Below, one piece after another: positions 25,901 through 39,139 of a DNA stretch of 64,000 bases (position 1 is the first letter of the stretch; every line of letters begins with the position of its first letter). This DNA is from Lama guanicoe (Eukaryota). Both the position numbers and the translations under genes were made by a program. The stretch is from positions 2,110,001 to 2,174,000 of the forward strand of contig MU053652.1 of NCBI GenBank assembly GCA_013239625.1. Direction: 5' to 3'. The notes below the pieces were generated by a model, which saw nothing but the letters and a program-made list of their open reading frames with translations, ran no database searches and was not told where the DNA came from.

Positions 25901-27664
25901 AGCCCTTTGCCTTAGGGGTCAGTGTGATCTTTTGCAAATTAACAGATTTGCTGGCTTGTGCCCGAGTTTATGAGGGCATCCCTGTGTGTTTATTGCTTTA
26001 CATGTTGATGCCAGTCTACACAAGTGTCACCATGCTTGTATTTCTGTCCCTTGTGTATTCGTGCCTCACATGCGTGCACGCACACACACACACACACCCT
26101 GGCCCCCACAGATATAAGTTCTCTATTTTCAGTTTCTGCATGTCTCGAGCAGCTATATTCTGTCCAGATGGATGGACAGAGATGGCTCCCAAGACGTGTG
26201 TTCCTGACTGACCAGAACCCTCACCCTACCCACCCACCCCCAGACTCAGGACTTGCAACACAGGGAGGTCAAGTCTTCAAAGGTCAGCTATCTACTCTGA
26301 AGCAGACCCAAACTGGTCCAGCACATCCTTCCTTCTTTCTGTCCATCCCTGCCTGTCTGTGTTCCTCCTAACAGTGTCTCTTCCCTCCCAGCCTCCTCCA
26401 TCTTCCCTTCTCCTAGGAGCCAGATGTTAGAAAGCTTGACAAGGATCCAGAGAGCGCAGACATCGGGATGCGAAAGAGCCATGGAAACCATCTCCAGCCT
26501 TTCATTTCATGGATGAGCAAACTGAGGCTTGGGGACACGGAGCGATTTCTCCCAAGCGTCCCAGGTAAGAGCCCAAACCAGAGCCATGGAAAGAAATGAT
26601 GAGACAGTTCCGGCACAAACCTCAGCTTTTAGCCCTGGCAGGGGCTGGAGAGATAGACGACCCTCTAATTCAGCCCCTCATGTTATGCAGGAACTCTGCA
26701 CACCAAGGCTCGCCCACCTGCCCAAGGTCACACAGGCAGGTCCAGGGTTGCATCCCCAGAGCAGCCTTCTGTTTACAAACCCTTTCAAGCCATTGTCCCA
26801 CTTGGAGTTGGTCCTCACGACACTCCTATGAGAACAACGCTCAGCAAGGTGCTCGGATGAGGACACTGATTTGAGATGGCTTGCCCACGTGGCCATTAGT
26901 GTCCCCACAAGCCAGCTCAGCTGTTTCTCCTCTGTCTATCACACTCTACCTCCTGTTCCTCTGCTCCCCTGGAGACAGAGCAGATGACGGAGGCACATGG
27001 AGGGAGGACGCAGAGATCGGGGATACAGGTGTGCCCGGGCTCTTCAGTCTGCCCGGGACTCCCCCGCCCCAAAGCAGTAGCCCCCACTGCCTCCCACCTG
27101 GCCCCAGGAAGCCAGACCGACGCCAGGGCTGAGAAAGGGGCGGGTGTGCTTCGTTCTCCAAGGTCAGGAGCACCCTCTGCTGTTGGCATGGTGAATTGCG
27201 GGGCCGCAGCCAAGCTCACAGATCATCCTTTGAAAAATCAGGCAACTGGCCTGCGTCCTCCAAGAGGAAAGGCGTACAGAAAAGGGTCAGTGGGAATGGA
27301 ACCTGAAGCCCTTCCTTTCCCTGGGTGTCTCAGCTGAGTGCATCCTCTGGGGACTCAGATGGGGAGAGTGTGGGAATCTGGGAAGAGAAAGAGTAGAAAG
27401 CTACCTTAATTCTCTGGTACAGGGGAGCCTTTCATTTGGGATTTAGGGCAAAGGCAGAGGCCCCTCCCCCTTTGCCCTCTTCATGTATTTCCAGAAGCTC
27501 CTCTCACTTCTTCAAAGCCAAGCTGTGCCGATGGCGTGAACGGCCCAACAAGGAGCCCCTCGGAGCCTCAGCACCTGAGGAGATTTTACTCAGATGCCCA
27601 CCAGCCTAAGAGTTAAGAAACGTTCCCTTTAGCAACACTGAGCCTGGGTCAAAGCAGAGAGTAG

Positions 27665-27860
27665 CAGCAGGAAGAGCACAGGACTAGGACACCTGGGTCT
27701 AGTTCCATTTCTACCACTTACTACTTGCCTTTGACTAAGCCTTTTCTCTCTGTGCCTCAGTTTCCCTGCCTGGAAAACAGGCCTTCTAATATCTTTCCTT
27801 ACAGCTCACAGATACGTCTGGAAAATTCACTTAGGTGACAGATTATGGCAGCATTAGCAC
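27665..27860 (+). mobile_element. MIR SINE
   Basis: agagcacaggactagg..cctgggtctagttcc..ctaccacttactac..ctctgtgcctcagtttccc. Confidence 0.7.
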
Positions 27861-29849
27861 AGGGTGGTGATGTTACCCTGATCCGTTTTCTTTCCCACAA
27901 AACAGACAGTCATGGTGGGAAGGTGTGGACAGAGCCAACGCCACCTTCCCTGCCTGGACTCTGACTCTGAAATGTCACTCGATGGTCCATCTTAGCTCTT
28001 GACACTGTCACTGGACTCTCACCTGAAGGCAAGGCATTCCCAAGGTCATATAAACAAAAATGCTGTTAGTGGGGCAACACGGTAGGTGACAGACAATCCT
28101 CTTAGCCGTCAGCCTCCTGGAAAGCAGGGCTGTGAGCCAGGGACACTGCCCGAGCTCGTTCCAGAGGGTCTAGAAGGACAAGGGGAGAGGAAGGCTGCTC
28201 GGGAAGGCAGGAAGGAGCAGGCTCAAAGTCCCAGAGAGAGCATGAGGCCTAGGACAGGGGTATGAGGCAGGGAGGGAAAGGACAGCTTTCTCTGAATTCC
28301 GAATTGCCCTGAGTTGACTTTACCTGGCAGAGAGGTCAAGAGCATTAGTGAAGTGGGAGTCTCTCTGTCCTCGTGGCTGGAACAGCTCCCGAGCCTCACT
28401 GACCTCATCGATCTGTTGGACCCTTGCACCTACCCCAAGGCAGGCAAACCACTCCACCAGCAAGTTATCATCCAGCAAGTGCACACAAAATATTACTGTT
28501 ACCACTACTGTCACGACCATAATTGCGGTATCAGCCCGAGCCCTCTTATTTCCTGCATGATGTCCCCTGATTTGAATTTCCACTTCCTCATCAACAAAAA
28601 GGAGAATGACCTCCCTTCCTCCTCGGCTCCCGGGGCTGCGGCGGGGAGAGGGAGAGAGTATCCCAGGTGCGTCTGCGGGGGAAGGTTCCAGAGGGACTCA
28701 AAATGCTATTATTGAAGGCTAAATGTTCCGTGGCAAAAAGCCGCTGTAGCAATCTCTGCATCCACTTGATTTGAATGGGCACATTACTGTAATGTCCCAG
28801 TGCTGCCGTCAGCACGGGGAAGGGTGAGCTATTTGTAACCACGAGACGCATGAGCAGCATAAAGATCAAATGGCGGAGGGAAGCTCATCTGGCTACCTGA
28901 GGAGACAGGGCTCTGGGCTTTGAGCACGACTGGAATTGTCGTGCGGCCACCTCCCTCCCACACCGCTGCCCAGGGCTTCCGTGAAAGACGGGGGTAGGGG
29001 TGAGGAGAGACAACAGAGGCCAGCAGAGCGTGCATCCTGCCGGGGCACAAAGAGAGAGACAGAGAGAGAATCCAGTTATAATCCCAGCCCCAGTGCCATT
29101 TCGGATGCTAGAAGCCCCGTCCTCCACCTGTTGCTCTGAGCGTACCATCTGCCCTCCTCGAAGTTTCCTAGGCCCCCAGCGCTGGGGTGAGCGCCTGGTC
29201 CCGGGGTTGAAGCTGTTCCCATGGGCAGCTCCAGGCTATTCCGGAGGGAGAGGACTGCAAGGCAGCAGGTCTCCGGGGCTCCACTTGCGGTGGGGGTGGG
29301 TGTCAGGGGATGCCCTGACTGGATTTGAGAAGTGGCAGGAAACGGAAACAAGACCGGCAGGACAGAACCCTGCCGAGACCCTGATAAATGTCCTCTCCGT
29401 GCTAGGGCTGCCTTTTAGTTACCCTGAGCCCTCTTCCTCCTCCAGGTCAGTCCTCCCAACCTCCCAATCAACGCCTCCCTTGATGTGTGTTTGTAACTGT
29501 TTCCAGTATTGGGAGGCTGCTGGGAGGGGGGTCATCTGGTCTTAATCGAATTCCCCATGGGATAGCCAGCTGCTCACCCTCTTTTTGTTTTCCTTCCAGA
29601 CCCTGGGAAGCCTCTGGGCCATGGTTTGTCATCTGTATGACAGAAGTAGCTGTCGATGCTCTCCGAGGCCTGGCTCACTGGTGTCCCACCTTCCTCACTA
29701 GGCTCCCTCTCCTGATGCCAGCAAAGCCTGTGCCCCTCAGCGTGGGGATTCTGCTGGCCACATCCCCCTCCTCGCCCCCACCCTATTACACTAGGCATTT
29801 CCGCCCCTATTGCTGCTTCTTTCACTTGTCTGTTGTGGCCATATATACA

Positions 29850-30520
29850 TACTTATCATGTTAACTATTTGTAAGTGTACAATTTGATGGCATTAAATGC
29901 ATTCACAATGTTTTATACTATCACCACTATTGATCCCCCAAAGTTTGTCATCCCCCCCAAATAAATCTTATTCCCATTAAACAACAGCTTCCCAACCTCC
30001 CTGCCCTCATTCCACGTAACCACTATTGTACTTTCTATCTCTATACTTTGTCTATTCTAGATGCCTCATAGAAGTGGAGTAACACAGTATTTGTCCTATG
30101 TCAGGCCTGTTTCATTTAACATAATATTTTGAAGGTCCATCCATGGTGCAGCATAGATCAAAATTTCATTTCTTTTTATGGCTGAGTAATATTCCATTCT
30201 ATGCATATACCATAATTTCTCTATCCTTCCATCTGTCCAGGCACACTGGGTTGTGTCCACCTCTTGGCTGTTGTGAACAGTGCTGCTACAAACATGGGTG
30301 TACGGATAGCTGCTTTGAATTCTCTTAGATATATAAAGACCTAGGAGTGGAACTGCTTGGTCATATGGCAGGTCTCTGTTTCACTTTTTGAGGAGCTGTC
30401 ACACTGTTTTCTCCAGTGACTGAACTCACCAGCGATGCACAAGGGTTCTGATTCCTCCACATCCTCACCCACACTTGTTATTTTCGAGCTTTTAAAATCA
30501 TAACTATACTAGTAGCTAAG
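29850..30520 (-). mobile_element. L1MB (L1MB7/8-like) 3' end
   Basis: taagtgtacaatttgatggcattaaatgcattcacaatg ... ttttatggctgagtaatattcc ... ggagtggaactgct ... tcctcacccacacttgttattt. Confidence 0.85.
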
Positions 30521-32644
30521 TGATTTCACTTCACTCTTAACCCCCTCAATGCCCAAGATGCTTGTAGTTTTGTCTATAATGGTCCTGATCTTACAGTGCA
30601 TTTGGGGTAAACAACGCAGTTTAAGAGGGAAAGCTTGCAGAGGGCAGGAACTGAGTATGGCTCCCTCAAGACTATTTCACTTCCACCTACCACTAGCTGG
30701 TGACCAGGGTGACATAAGGAGGAAATGGCTGTTTTGGTCCTGGTCCCAGCTCCCGGCCTTGTGCCTCAGGGTCCAGCTGCGCCCGCCCGTCCCACCGACA
30801 GAAGCTGGGAGACCAGAGGCCCCGAGGACAGCTTTTGACGAACACAGAGAAGGAGAAATAAAAGAGAATAAGAAAAAGCTGGATGACCCTGAGATTGAAA
30901 GGGCAGGACCCAAGAGTGAAAACAGGGAGAGGAGAAGAGAGATTGAAGCAGGGATGTAATCACAGAGTTTCACAGAGTCCAATCTCCCGAGAGGCAGATT
31001 TTGTCGGCTCCTTCTCAGCCCCCGATTCTTTGCCTCACAGGTCTGAGCTGGAAAATTACAGCGATTCTGCTGTTTGGCTCCCTGCGCTCTTAGCCCCAAA
31101 CAGGCTTCAGCCAACCAACGGGGTGCAGCTTCCCCTGGGGCCCGAAGTAGCCTCAAGGGCCCCTGCGAATGCCAGTCAGGGCCCTGGCAGACTGGAGAAT
31201 ACAGCTGTTGTCAATACAGCTGATGCTCTGGGCATCTTCAAGGGGATGTGTCACGGTGGGCGTTTGGAGGTGTGCAAACTATTCTGGGAGAGGGAGGGCT
31301 CGGGAAGGGGGCCCCTGTGGAACCTGGGAGTTGTGGTCAACAAGTCAGGGGCTATGTCCCTGTGTCTTCTTGTCCAGACAGCTGTGGAAAGGCAGAGGTG
31401 CTGGGAGGCTCACTCGCCCAAGGGCAGGACAGGGAGATGCGTGGAGATAGACGTGAAGAACCCAGGGCGGGACTTGGGGTGGGTAGGAGAGAGGACTGGG
31501 GGCAGAGGGAGGGGTGGGACATGTTGATCATATGTAAATCGACTGTGTAGGTCTAAATTGCAACACTTCCCCTTCTCGGCGCCCTCTCTCTTCCTCTCTC
31601 CCCGTCTCTCTCCCAGTTACTATCAAAGCAAAATTTATGAAGGGCTTGAGGCACTGGATATCCCTTGTATTTCAATCTAACTTTTTGCAATCTCAAGTGA
31701 ACAGCTTGGCTGCTTCTGCCTGTCAGGGAATTTAAATTGCAGATGGGATGGGGAGCCGCCGCCGCCCAGGCAGGAGCAGCCCCTCTGGTGCACACCACCA
31801 TCGCCTAGCAACGAGGCTGGGAAGAACTTTAAGAAGCAGCAGAAAGTTCCACTCTGGAAAGTGCCCTTGACCCAGGGCATCTCCAGGGAAAAGAGAGGGA
31901 GTTTCCCGAAGAGAAGAGACAGCCAGGTAAGAGGTCTGCTCGTGTCAAGGACCACAGCCAGAGAACACACCAGCCCTGCTCCCTGCAACCAGTGTCACCG
32001 GTGTGTCCCTCTTTGATGTACAGAATCCCCATACAAACTGGCCTCTGCATGGTTTTCTACCTTCCGTTGTTTTGGAGATTGTTCTCCAACCAAAGATGCC
32101 TCCCTTTTTTTCTGTCTGTTCCCTCACACCTCACACATCGGCAATGTGTGGAGAGAGTCGGGAATGAATAATCCAACACAGAAACACACAGCACAGACAC
32201 ACACACACACAAGCACATGCATAGATAGGTAGGCACTTATGCTGCTAAGAACAAACCACAGCAGTTAAAGGAGGAGCGAACCCATTACATTTCCTCCCCG
32301 TCGGACCTCAGTTCTGCAGGATGGAACTGGTGTGATTATGGCCTTCGGCCTTAATCAAAGTTGGTGTCAACTCCATAAAGCATTTGCTACACTTAGCATC
32401 CTAATCTGAGAGGCAAGAACACCGCAAATGCACTTAAGGCTGGAATCAAGGTATATGCTTTTGCTTAAATAATTGACTTGGAAAATAAAAATGTTAAGTA
32501 GTAGCCCAATGTGCCTGTCTGTCAAAGTCTACGCATACTGGTACCTCATCCACTTTGAGGCATCACAGACACTCCGCACACACTCATGAAAAGACACACC
32601 CATCTCTAGCATGTGTCCAGGAGATACCTAAAGAATTTTCTGAG

Positions 32645-33082
32645 TTCCTATTGAATTCTGTCCTTACTCCAAAAAAAAAAAAAGGAAGAAGATATGCAGA
32701 AGTCCTAATCCCTCAGAATGTGACCCTATTTGGAAACAGAGTCACTGCAGTCTAATTAGCTGGAAGATGAGATCATACTGGACTAGGGTGTCCATAGGAC
32801 CGGTGCCCTTCTAAGAAAACAGGCTGGGCCATGTGAAGACACAGAGACATGGAGAGGACGCCCACGAAGGTGAAGGCAGAGATTGGAATGATGCAGCTAC
32901 CAGCAGGGAACAGCAAAGATGGCAGAAGCTGGAAGAGGCAAGGGAGGAGTCTCACCTCCTGGTTTCAGAGGGAATGTGGCCCTGCTGATACCTTGATTTT
33001 AGACTTTTAGCCTCCAGAACTGTGAAGACAATACACTTCTGTTGTTTTAAGCCACCCAGCTTGCACCCTGGGAAGTAATACA
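32645..33082 (+). mobile_element. MaLR LTR (MLT1B/C-like)
   Basis: cctcagaatgtgaccctatttggaaa ... gaaggcagagattggaatgatgcagcta ... cctccagaactgtga ... ttttaagccacccag ... taataca. Confidence 0.88.
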
Positions 33083-33302
33083 GTCCGCTTTCTGTTAACT
33101 CTGTTAAAGGGGGCCAGAAAGCCCGTTAGCAAGCAGTGACAGCTCTATGTGAGATAGAAATGGGTCTGCATGGGAGTGAGCTTGGGCCTCTGGATGCCGA
33201 TGCTGGCATGAAGTCAGAGGGTCTGAAAATCTCTGTGACCTGCAGGAGAGACCTGGATATTGACTTTTTAGCTAAATTCTGATTTTTTTATTAAGAATTT
33301 GT

Positions 33303-34358
33303 TCAATAACCTGTGGACTGGGAGAAAATATTTACAAATGCTGCAACTGACAGGGGCTTAACTTCCTGAATATAGAAACAGTTCATACAACTCAATTAAA
33401 AAAAAAAAGCAAACAATCCACTCAAAAAAAAAAATGGGCAGAAGACCTAAATAGACATTTCTCCAAAGAAGATATACAGATGGCTGATAGGCACATTAGA
33501 GGTGCTCAACATTGCTAATCATTAGAGAAATGCAAATCAAAACTACAATGAGATATCATCTCACACCAGTCAGAACAGCCATCATTCAAAAGTCCACAAA
33601 TGGTAAATGCTGAAGAGGCTGTGGAGAAAAGGGAACCCTCCTACACTGCTGGTGGGAATGCAGTTTGGTACAGCCACTGTGGAAAACAGTATGCAGATTT
33701 CTCAAAAGACTAGGAATAGACTTACCATATGACCCAGGAATCCCATTCCTGGGCTTATATTCAGAAGGAACTCTACTTCAGGATGACACCTGCACCCCAA
33801 TGTTCATAGCAGCACTATTTACAATAGCCAAGACATGGAAGCCACCTAAATGTCCATCAACAGATGACTAGATAGAGAAGATGTGGTATATATACACAAT
33901 GGAGCACTACTCAACCATTAAAAAAAGAAAGAAATAATGCCATTTGCAGCAACATGGATGGACCTAGAAGTTACCATACTAAGTGAAGTAAGTCAGAGAA
34001 AGAGAGACCAGTATCATATGCTATCACTTATATGTGGAACCTAAAAAAATGATGTAAATGAACTTATTTAGGAAACATAAACAGACTCACCGACATAGAA
34101 AACAAACTTATGGTTACCAAAGGAGAAAGGGAGCTGGGAGGGATAAATTAGGAGTTTGGGATTAGCAGATACACACTACTATGTATAAAATAGATAAACA
34201 ATAAGGTCCCACTGTACAGCACAGGGAACTATATTCAGTACCTTGTAATAGCTTATAATGAAAAAGAACATGAAAAAAATATATAGGTATGACTGAATCA
34301 CTGTGATGTATACCAGAAACTACACAACATTGTCAATCAACTATACTTCAATGCAAAA
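33303..34358 (+). mobile_element. 5'-truncated L1 (ORF2 C-terminus + 3' UTR)
   Basis: ORF2 peptide [51 protein letters not shown], then 3' UTR and A tail. Candidate TSD AAGA(A/G)TTTGT at 33293-33302 and 34359-34368. Confidence 0.93.
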
Positions 34359-35444
34359 AAGAGTTTGTAGAGTGGATGATCCATGGCCCATGAGTGTACT
34401 GTGGGGGAGCAGGGCTTTGCAGAGTGCTCAGGCCGGTGCCCCAGTGGCATTGACCTCATCTTCCTCACACCTGTCCACCCCCTCACGGGCACTTCTCCAC
34501 TGCTGCCTGGTCCTGTCATTTAGCTTGTCCTGCCTCTCAGGGGAGGGAACATCTTCCAGGGCCAGCACCATGCCAAACCCTTCACTGGATCCTGCAGTGA
34601 AGTAGGTGCATTATGCACATAGTAGGTGCTCAGTAAATATGTGGGAAACTGACGCATGAAGCACACAAATATGAAAACCAAGATTTGCACAAAGATGCCT
34701 AGTGAGTCACCATCAGTGGAATTAGCACGCCAACCCTTCCATTTCTGAGTTGTTATCACTGCTGTATTATCAGTGCCCCATTCAATGTGTCAATGGTCAT
34801 AATTTTTCCCTTTAACTGAATCAGTTACGTTCACCTTGGGTACCCAATGGTGTCTTCCTGGAAATTCCAGAAGGTAGGTATAAATGGATGTGATCACCCC
34901 AAAGATCAGAGATGAAACAAAGGTGAAATCTGAGCACTAGACCAATGGAGTGGACCAAGAGTTGGAAGAAGATGGTTCTAGACTCGATCACTGATAGAAC
35001 AAGTGACTTCACCTCCCCTGACCGACTAGCAGGGTCAGCAACTGTTAAATGGAGGCATTTACATCTCACACAATCTGCAGATGACTCTGACCTCTGATTT
35101 CCCAACCATGGTAGCCACAGCAAAGTGTGACTCAGGTCCCCCTTCCATGGTCCTTGGATGCCAGCTTCTCCTGAAGGAACTGAGCCCATCAGGTCAAGGG
35201 AAGAGCAAGGCATGGGTACCAAAGGCCAGATCCTTTTGTCCTGATGAGCAGTTCTCACTCCAGAGCCCCCAGGCTTTGGGGACCCTCATCCCAGATTCAG
35301 TCCAACGTCCTCCTCTTCCCAACCCTACGACCTCCTCCTTCCTTCAGAGGTGTGGATCCCTCCGAATCATCTTGCAGCCCAAACTCCACCCCAGCGTCTG
35401 CAACCAGAGGCCCAACCTATGGCACCAACTTGCCCCTCTGCAGA

Positions 35445-35906
35445 CTTTAAAAATTATGACAAAATACACATCACATTAAATTTATCATTTTAACCATTTT
35501 TAAGTGTACAGTTTCGTGGCATTGAGTGCATTCACACTGTTGTGGAACCATCACCACCATCCATCTCCCCAAATTTTTCATCTTCCTCAACTGAACTTCT
35601 GTACCCGTTAAACACTAATTCCCCATTTCCCCCTCCCCCAGAAACCACCATTCTATCTTTTGCCCCTGTGAATGTGACTATTCTAGGTACCTCACAGGAG
35701 TGGAATCATACAGTACTTGTCCTTTCATGTCTGGCTGAGGTCACTTAGCATAATGTCTCCAAGGTTCAGCCATGTGATAGCATTTATCAGAATTTCCTCC
35801 CTTTTTATGGCTGAATAATATTCCAGTGTATAAATACCACATTTGGCTCATCCATCAATGGAACTTAGGTTATTTCCACCTTTGGCTATTGTGAATAATG
35901 CTGTGC
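35445..35906 (-). mobile_element. L1MB 3' end
   Basis: taaccatttttaagtgtacagtt ... ccatcaccaccatccatctcc ... tttatggctgaataattcc ... ttggctattgtgaataatgctg. Confidence 0.85.
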
Positions 35907-37539
35907 AGATATATTGTTATCTCACACCAATTTATTCCCATATACAAGTGGGCCTTTCTAGCCCCCTTCAGGATGACTAAGAGCTGGGAGCAATGGCAGG
36001 CATGTTCAGAATCTTCCAATCATGGGGCAAAAAGGGAAAGTTTCTCTAGCTCCCTTTGCCTCAAGGATGGTTAGCTAGGTGGAGTCCTGGGCAGAGGCAC
36101 TGGTGTAGACAAACAGACAAGGCAATATTTGTTTTCCAACGTGCAAAAAGTGCACAAGATATAGAAGTGAGGAATGACAGAAAAGCACCAGGGCAGCCCA
36201 GAAAGTTCATGTCCTCTGTCCTTTCTGGGCCGTATCCCATATAACACTGCCTGTGACATTCCCCTCAGAGACAGGAGGTGAGCCAAGAGTGCCCCACTCT
36301 GCAGCTTCACACAGCCAGGGAGAGCCCTGGGAAGATGGTTAATAATCCTTGACCTAAAGAAAAACACGACTGAATGTGTTAATTCAACCACAGCTTCTGA
36401 ACACCTTCTGTGTGCCAGGCTCAGTGCTGGGCACATGTGAAATCGCCATTGAGACCACCCTTCCAAGAGTAGGGGGACTCGCTAATTGCATCTCCAGAGA
36501 TAAGGGGGCAGAATAATGCAACCAAGTACAGGAAAGGTGTCCTAAAGGGCTGTCCTCTCTGGGAGGGAGGCTCTGTCCCTGCTCTAAGGACCAGGGCTCC
36601 TTGACCTTCGGGGCAGGTCCCAATTCCTCTGCTCCATCCAGTCATCCATCCAGTCATCCCACAGTGGTCTTTTCATCCACCAGGCATCAGGCTGGGGAAG
36701 CAAAAGGTCAAGAATGCCTCCCAAGTGGGTAAGAGGAACCCCCTCCACACACACACATTGTGAGAAATAACTGCTCAAGGATGAAGATATGCCCCTCATC
36801 AGAAAATGAAAATGGAGCCTCTGACCCCACTCCTGTAGGAATGTAAGCACATCGTCCCCTGCCCCCACGGGCCAGCAGTCAGCAGGTTTGGGAGTGCTGT
36901 CTCTGGCTACTCTCTCTGTCAGAGATCTTGGACTGATCAGCATTATTCAACCACCAACAGAGCAATGGCCAAGTTCCCTACCTTTAGAGACCCCCTCCAC
37001 TATGTCCTTAACACCCACCTCAGCACCAAGTGGCCCCTGATGAAGCTTCAGGGACCACCCATCCAAAGAGGGACCTGACTGCAAGTTGTCACCTCAGGAA
37101 GGAGGGGAAAAAAACCCAAACTGAAGGCACGTGAGCTTCCCCTCTGTGCCAAAAATCCTGCTGCCTGTCACAAGCCAGACATGATGTATAGGAATAATAA
37201 GGCCCCTTGAATTACCCATTAAGTGCTGTCAGCAAATCACATGATTTCTTTTTTAATATTGCACATATCTGGCCCCTGGAAAATGATGACGATGTTATCT
37301 CCGCCTGGCTGGATGATAAACAGACTCCCTCCCGTGCCAGGGAGGCACAGCCCCTCCTCCAAAGCCATCTCTGAGCAAAGCGAGGAAAGGAAGGGAGACT
37401 CAGCCCACACTCCCATTCCTGCATCTTGGGCTTCAAGCCAGAGCTCTTCCGGCTGCCTTAGAAGACACAGGAAGGTCCACAAACTTCCCTATCTTGTACC
37501 TCCCTCCAGGCAACTTTCCATGGCTTCCTTGAGGGCACA

Positions 37540-37775
37540 GCTGCTGCAGAGATGTCACCTGCTCAGAGCAGCCTTCCCCATCAAACTAAACCCGGTACCC
37601 TCCGCGATTCTTCCTCCAAGCCCCTGCTGTTTCACTCCTAGCGCCCCACCTGTTTGCTTGTTCAATGCATCACTCATGAGACAACATGCCCCGGGAGGGC
37701 AGGAACCACAGTTGTCTCGTTCACAATTCAACCCAACTACTGGCACACAGTAGGACCTCAGGAACCATGCGCTGA
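37540..37775 (+). mobile_element. L2 3' fragment
   Basis: atgtcacctgctcagagcagccttccc ... gagggcaggaacc ... tggcacacagtaggacctca. Confidence 0.6.
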
Positions 37776-37837
37776 GTAACTTGGTAGGAAAGACTCAGTA
37801 ACCCCTGCTCGACTGAACTGAGTCACGTTTCCTAGAG

Positions 37838-38020
37838 CAGTCAGCGCATCTCGAACTTTGGCGTGCACCAGGATCACCTGGAAGCTTTGTTAAACTGCAG
37901 ACTGCTGGGCCCACCCCCAGTTTCTGATTCAGTGGAGGAGGGGACTGTAGATTTGAATTCCCAAGCACCTCCCAGCTGACGGCAGTGCTCCTCGTCCCGG
38001 GACCCCACTATGAGAACAAC
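37838..38020. mobile_element. MER5A-like hAT MITE
   Basis: ggatcacctggaagctttgttaaactgcagactgctgggcccacccccagtttctgattcagt ... ccacta.tgagaac. Confidence 0.8.
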
Positions 38021-38379
38021 CTGAGAGAACGGCCCCTAAATGCAGACACCCGTTTCCTGCGCTTCTGCCTTTTAGTCAGATTTATCGGTGCTGTCCACAT
38101 GAATACAAGTTCCAAGGGCAGAAAACGGGGCTCTCCAGATCCAGTCTGTCCAGTCTGAAGGCAACTGTTCTCGTCCCTAATAGTGGGAAGGTAAATCGAG
38201 GCCAGTGGATGCAAAGTGAGGTGGGCTGTTCCACAAGTCCTGGCACAAACAGTGCAGAACCCCGCACACCAGGCACACAGCTTCCTGTTCCAATCACTGA
38301 GCTGCACTTTTCTGACACCAACTGTAGAAATGAGTTGGCTTCCAAGAGGCTTATTAGAGAACAAATTATTCCCTGTTTT

Positions 38380-38640
38380 GCTACTCTTTCCATTTGAGTT
38401 AATCTGCAAGTCTAAAGTCCAAGCAGGTGCCAGAGTTATTCCTGCAACTGGCACCAAACTGCATCCAGGAAGCACAATTAGCATGTCGCTAATGCGCCTT
38501 GGAATGGGGTAATCTACATATTACCCAAAGGCGGCCTCGGCCCCCACTGCACTTCACCTTAATGTGCCAAAGTGCAGGCTGCCCTGCTAACAGGCCTCTG
38601 CAAATCCCACGTTTGCCAGGCAGCTGTCCCAACCTCTGCA
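38380..38640. other. Multi-palindromic ancient element, MER121-like candidate conserved non-coding element
   Basis: Four adjacent inverted repeats are seen directly at 38426-38577. The motifs cacaattagcatgtcgctaatgc and ctgcactt..caccttaatgtgccaaagtgcag resemble my recollection of the MER121 core; the family call is unverified. Confidence 0.5.
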
Positions 38641-39139
38641 TCCACACAGAGCAGGGAGGACCCCCGGTGATAGCAGTTAAGAATCTGAGATGCAGCCTCT
38701 CTTCTCCTTCTTTCCTACTCTTTCTCTTCCCCAATTATTCAGTCCACAAACCACCAGGGAGGGGGCAGCCTAGAAAGGTGGGCACCAGTGCCAGGGCAGA
38801 GGGGAGACTTGGTGGCACACAGTGGAGTGTTGGAGCTCAGGTGTAGAGAGGAGGGCCCAACCAAGGGGCAGCTCAGCTCAGGGTCTGGAGCCTGAGCACC
38901 ATGAGAGGTTTCTGCATGGGCTGGGGGCCACAGCGGGGAGCCTGGTGTCGGGTGTTGGAGTTCTGGGGGGGTAAGGCGGGAGTCTCTGCAGGGGGCAGCC
39001 AGGGTGTGGGTACCCAAGATGATTTGGGAGGGGCTTCTGCACCAGGTTGAGGGGGGCAGCCTGGCACAGGCTGGGAGGCCAAGAAGGGTGGGAAGGGCAT
39101 CTGTGCCAGGAAGGGGTGGTGGAGGCAATGGAAGACTGA

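Noticed and set aside
30549..31527. Long overlapping ORFs (136 aa and 214 aa, the longest in the track)
   Set aside because: No recognisable domain, low-information G/R/P/S-rich composition typical of GC-rich non-coding DNA, and no supporting splice structure.
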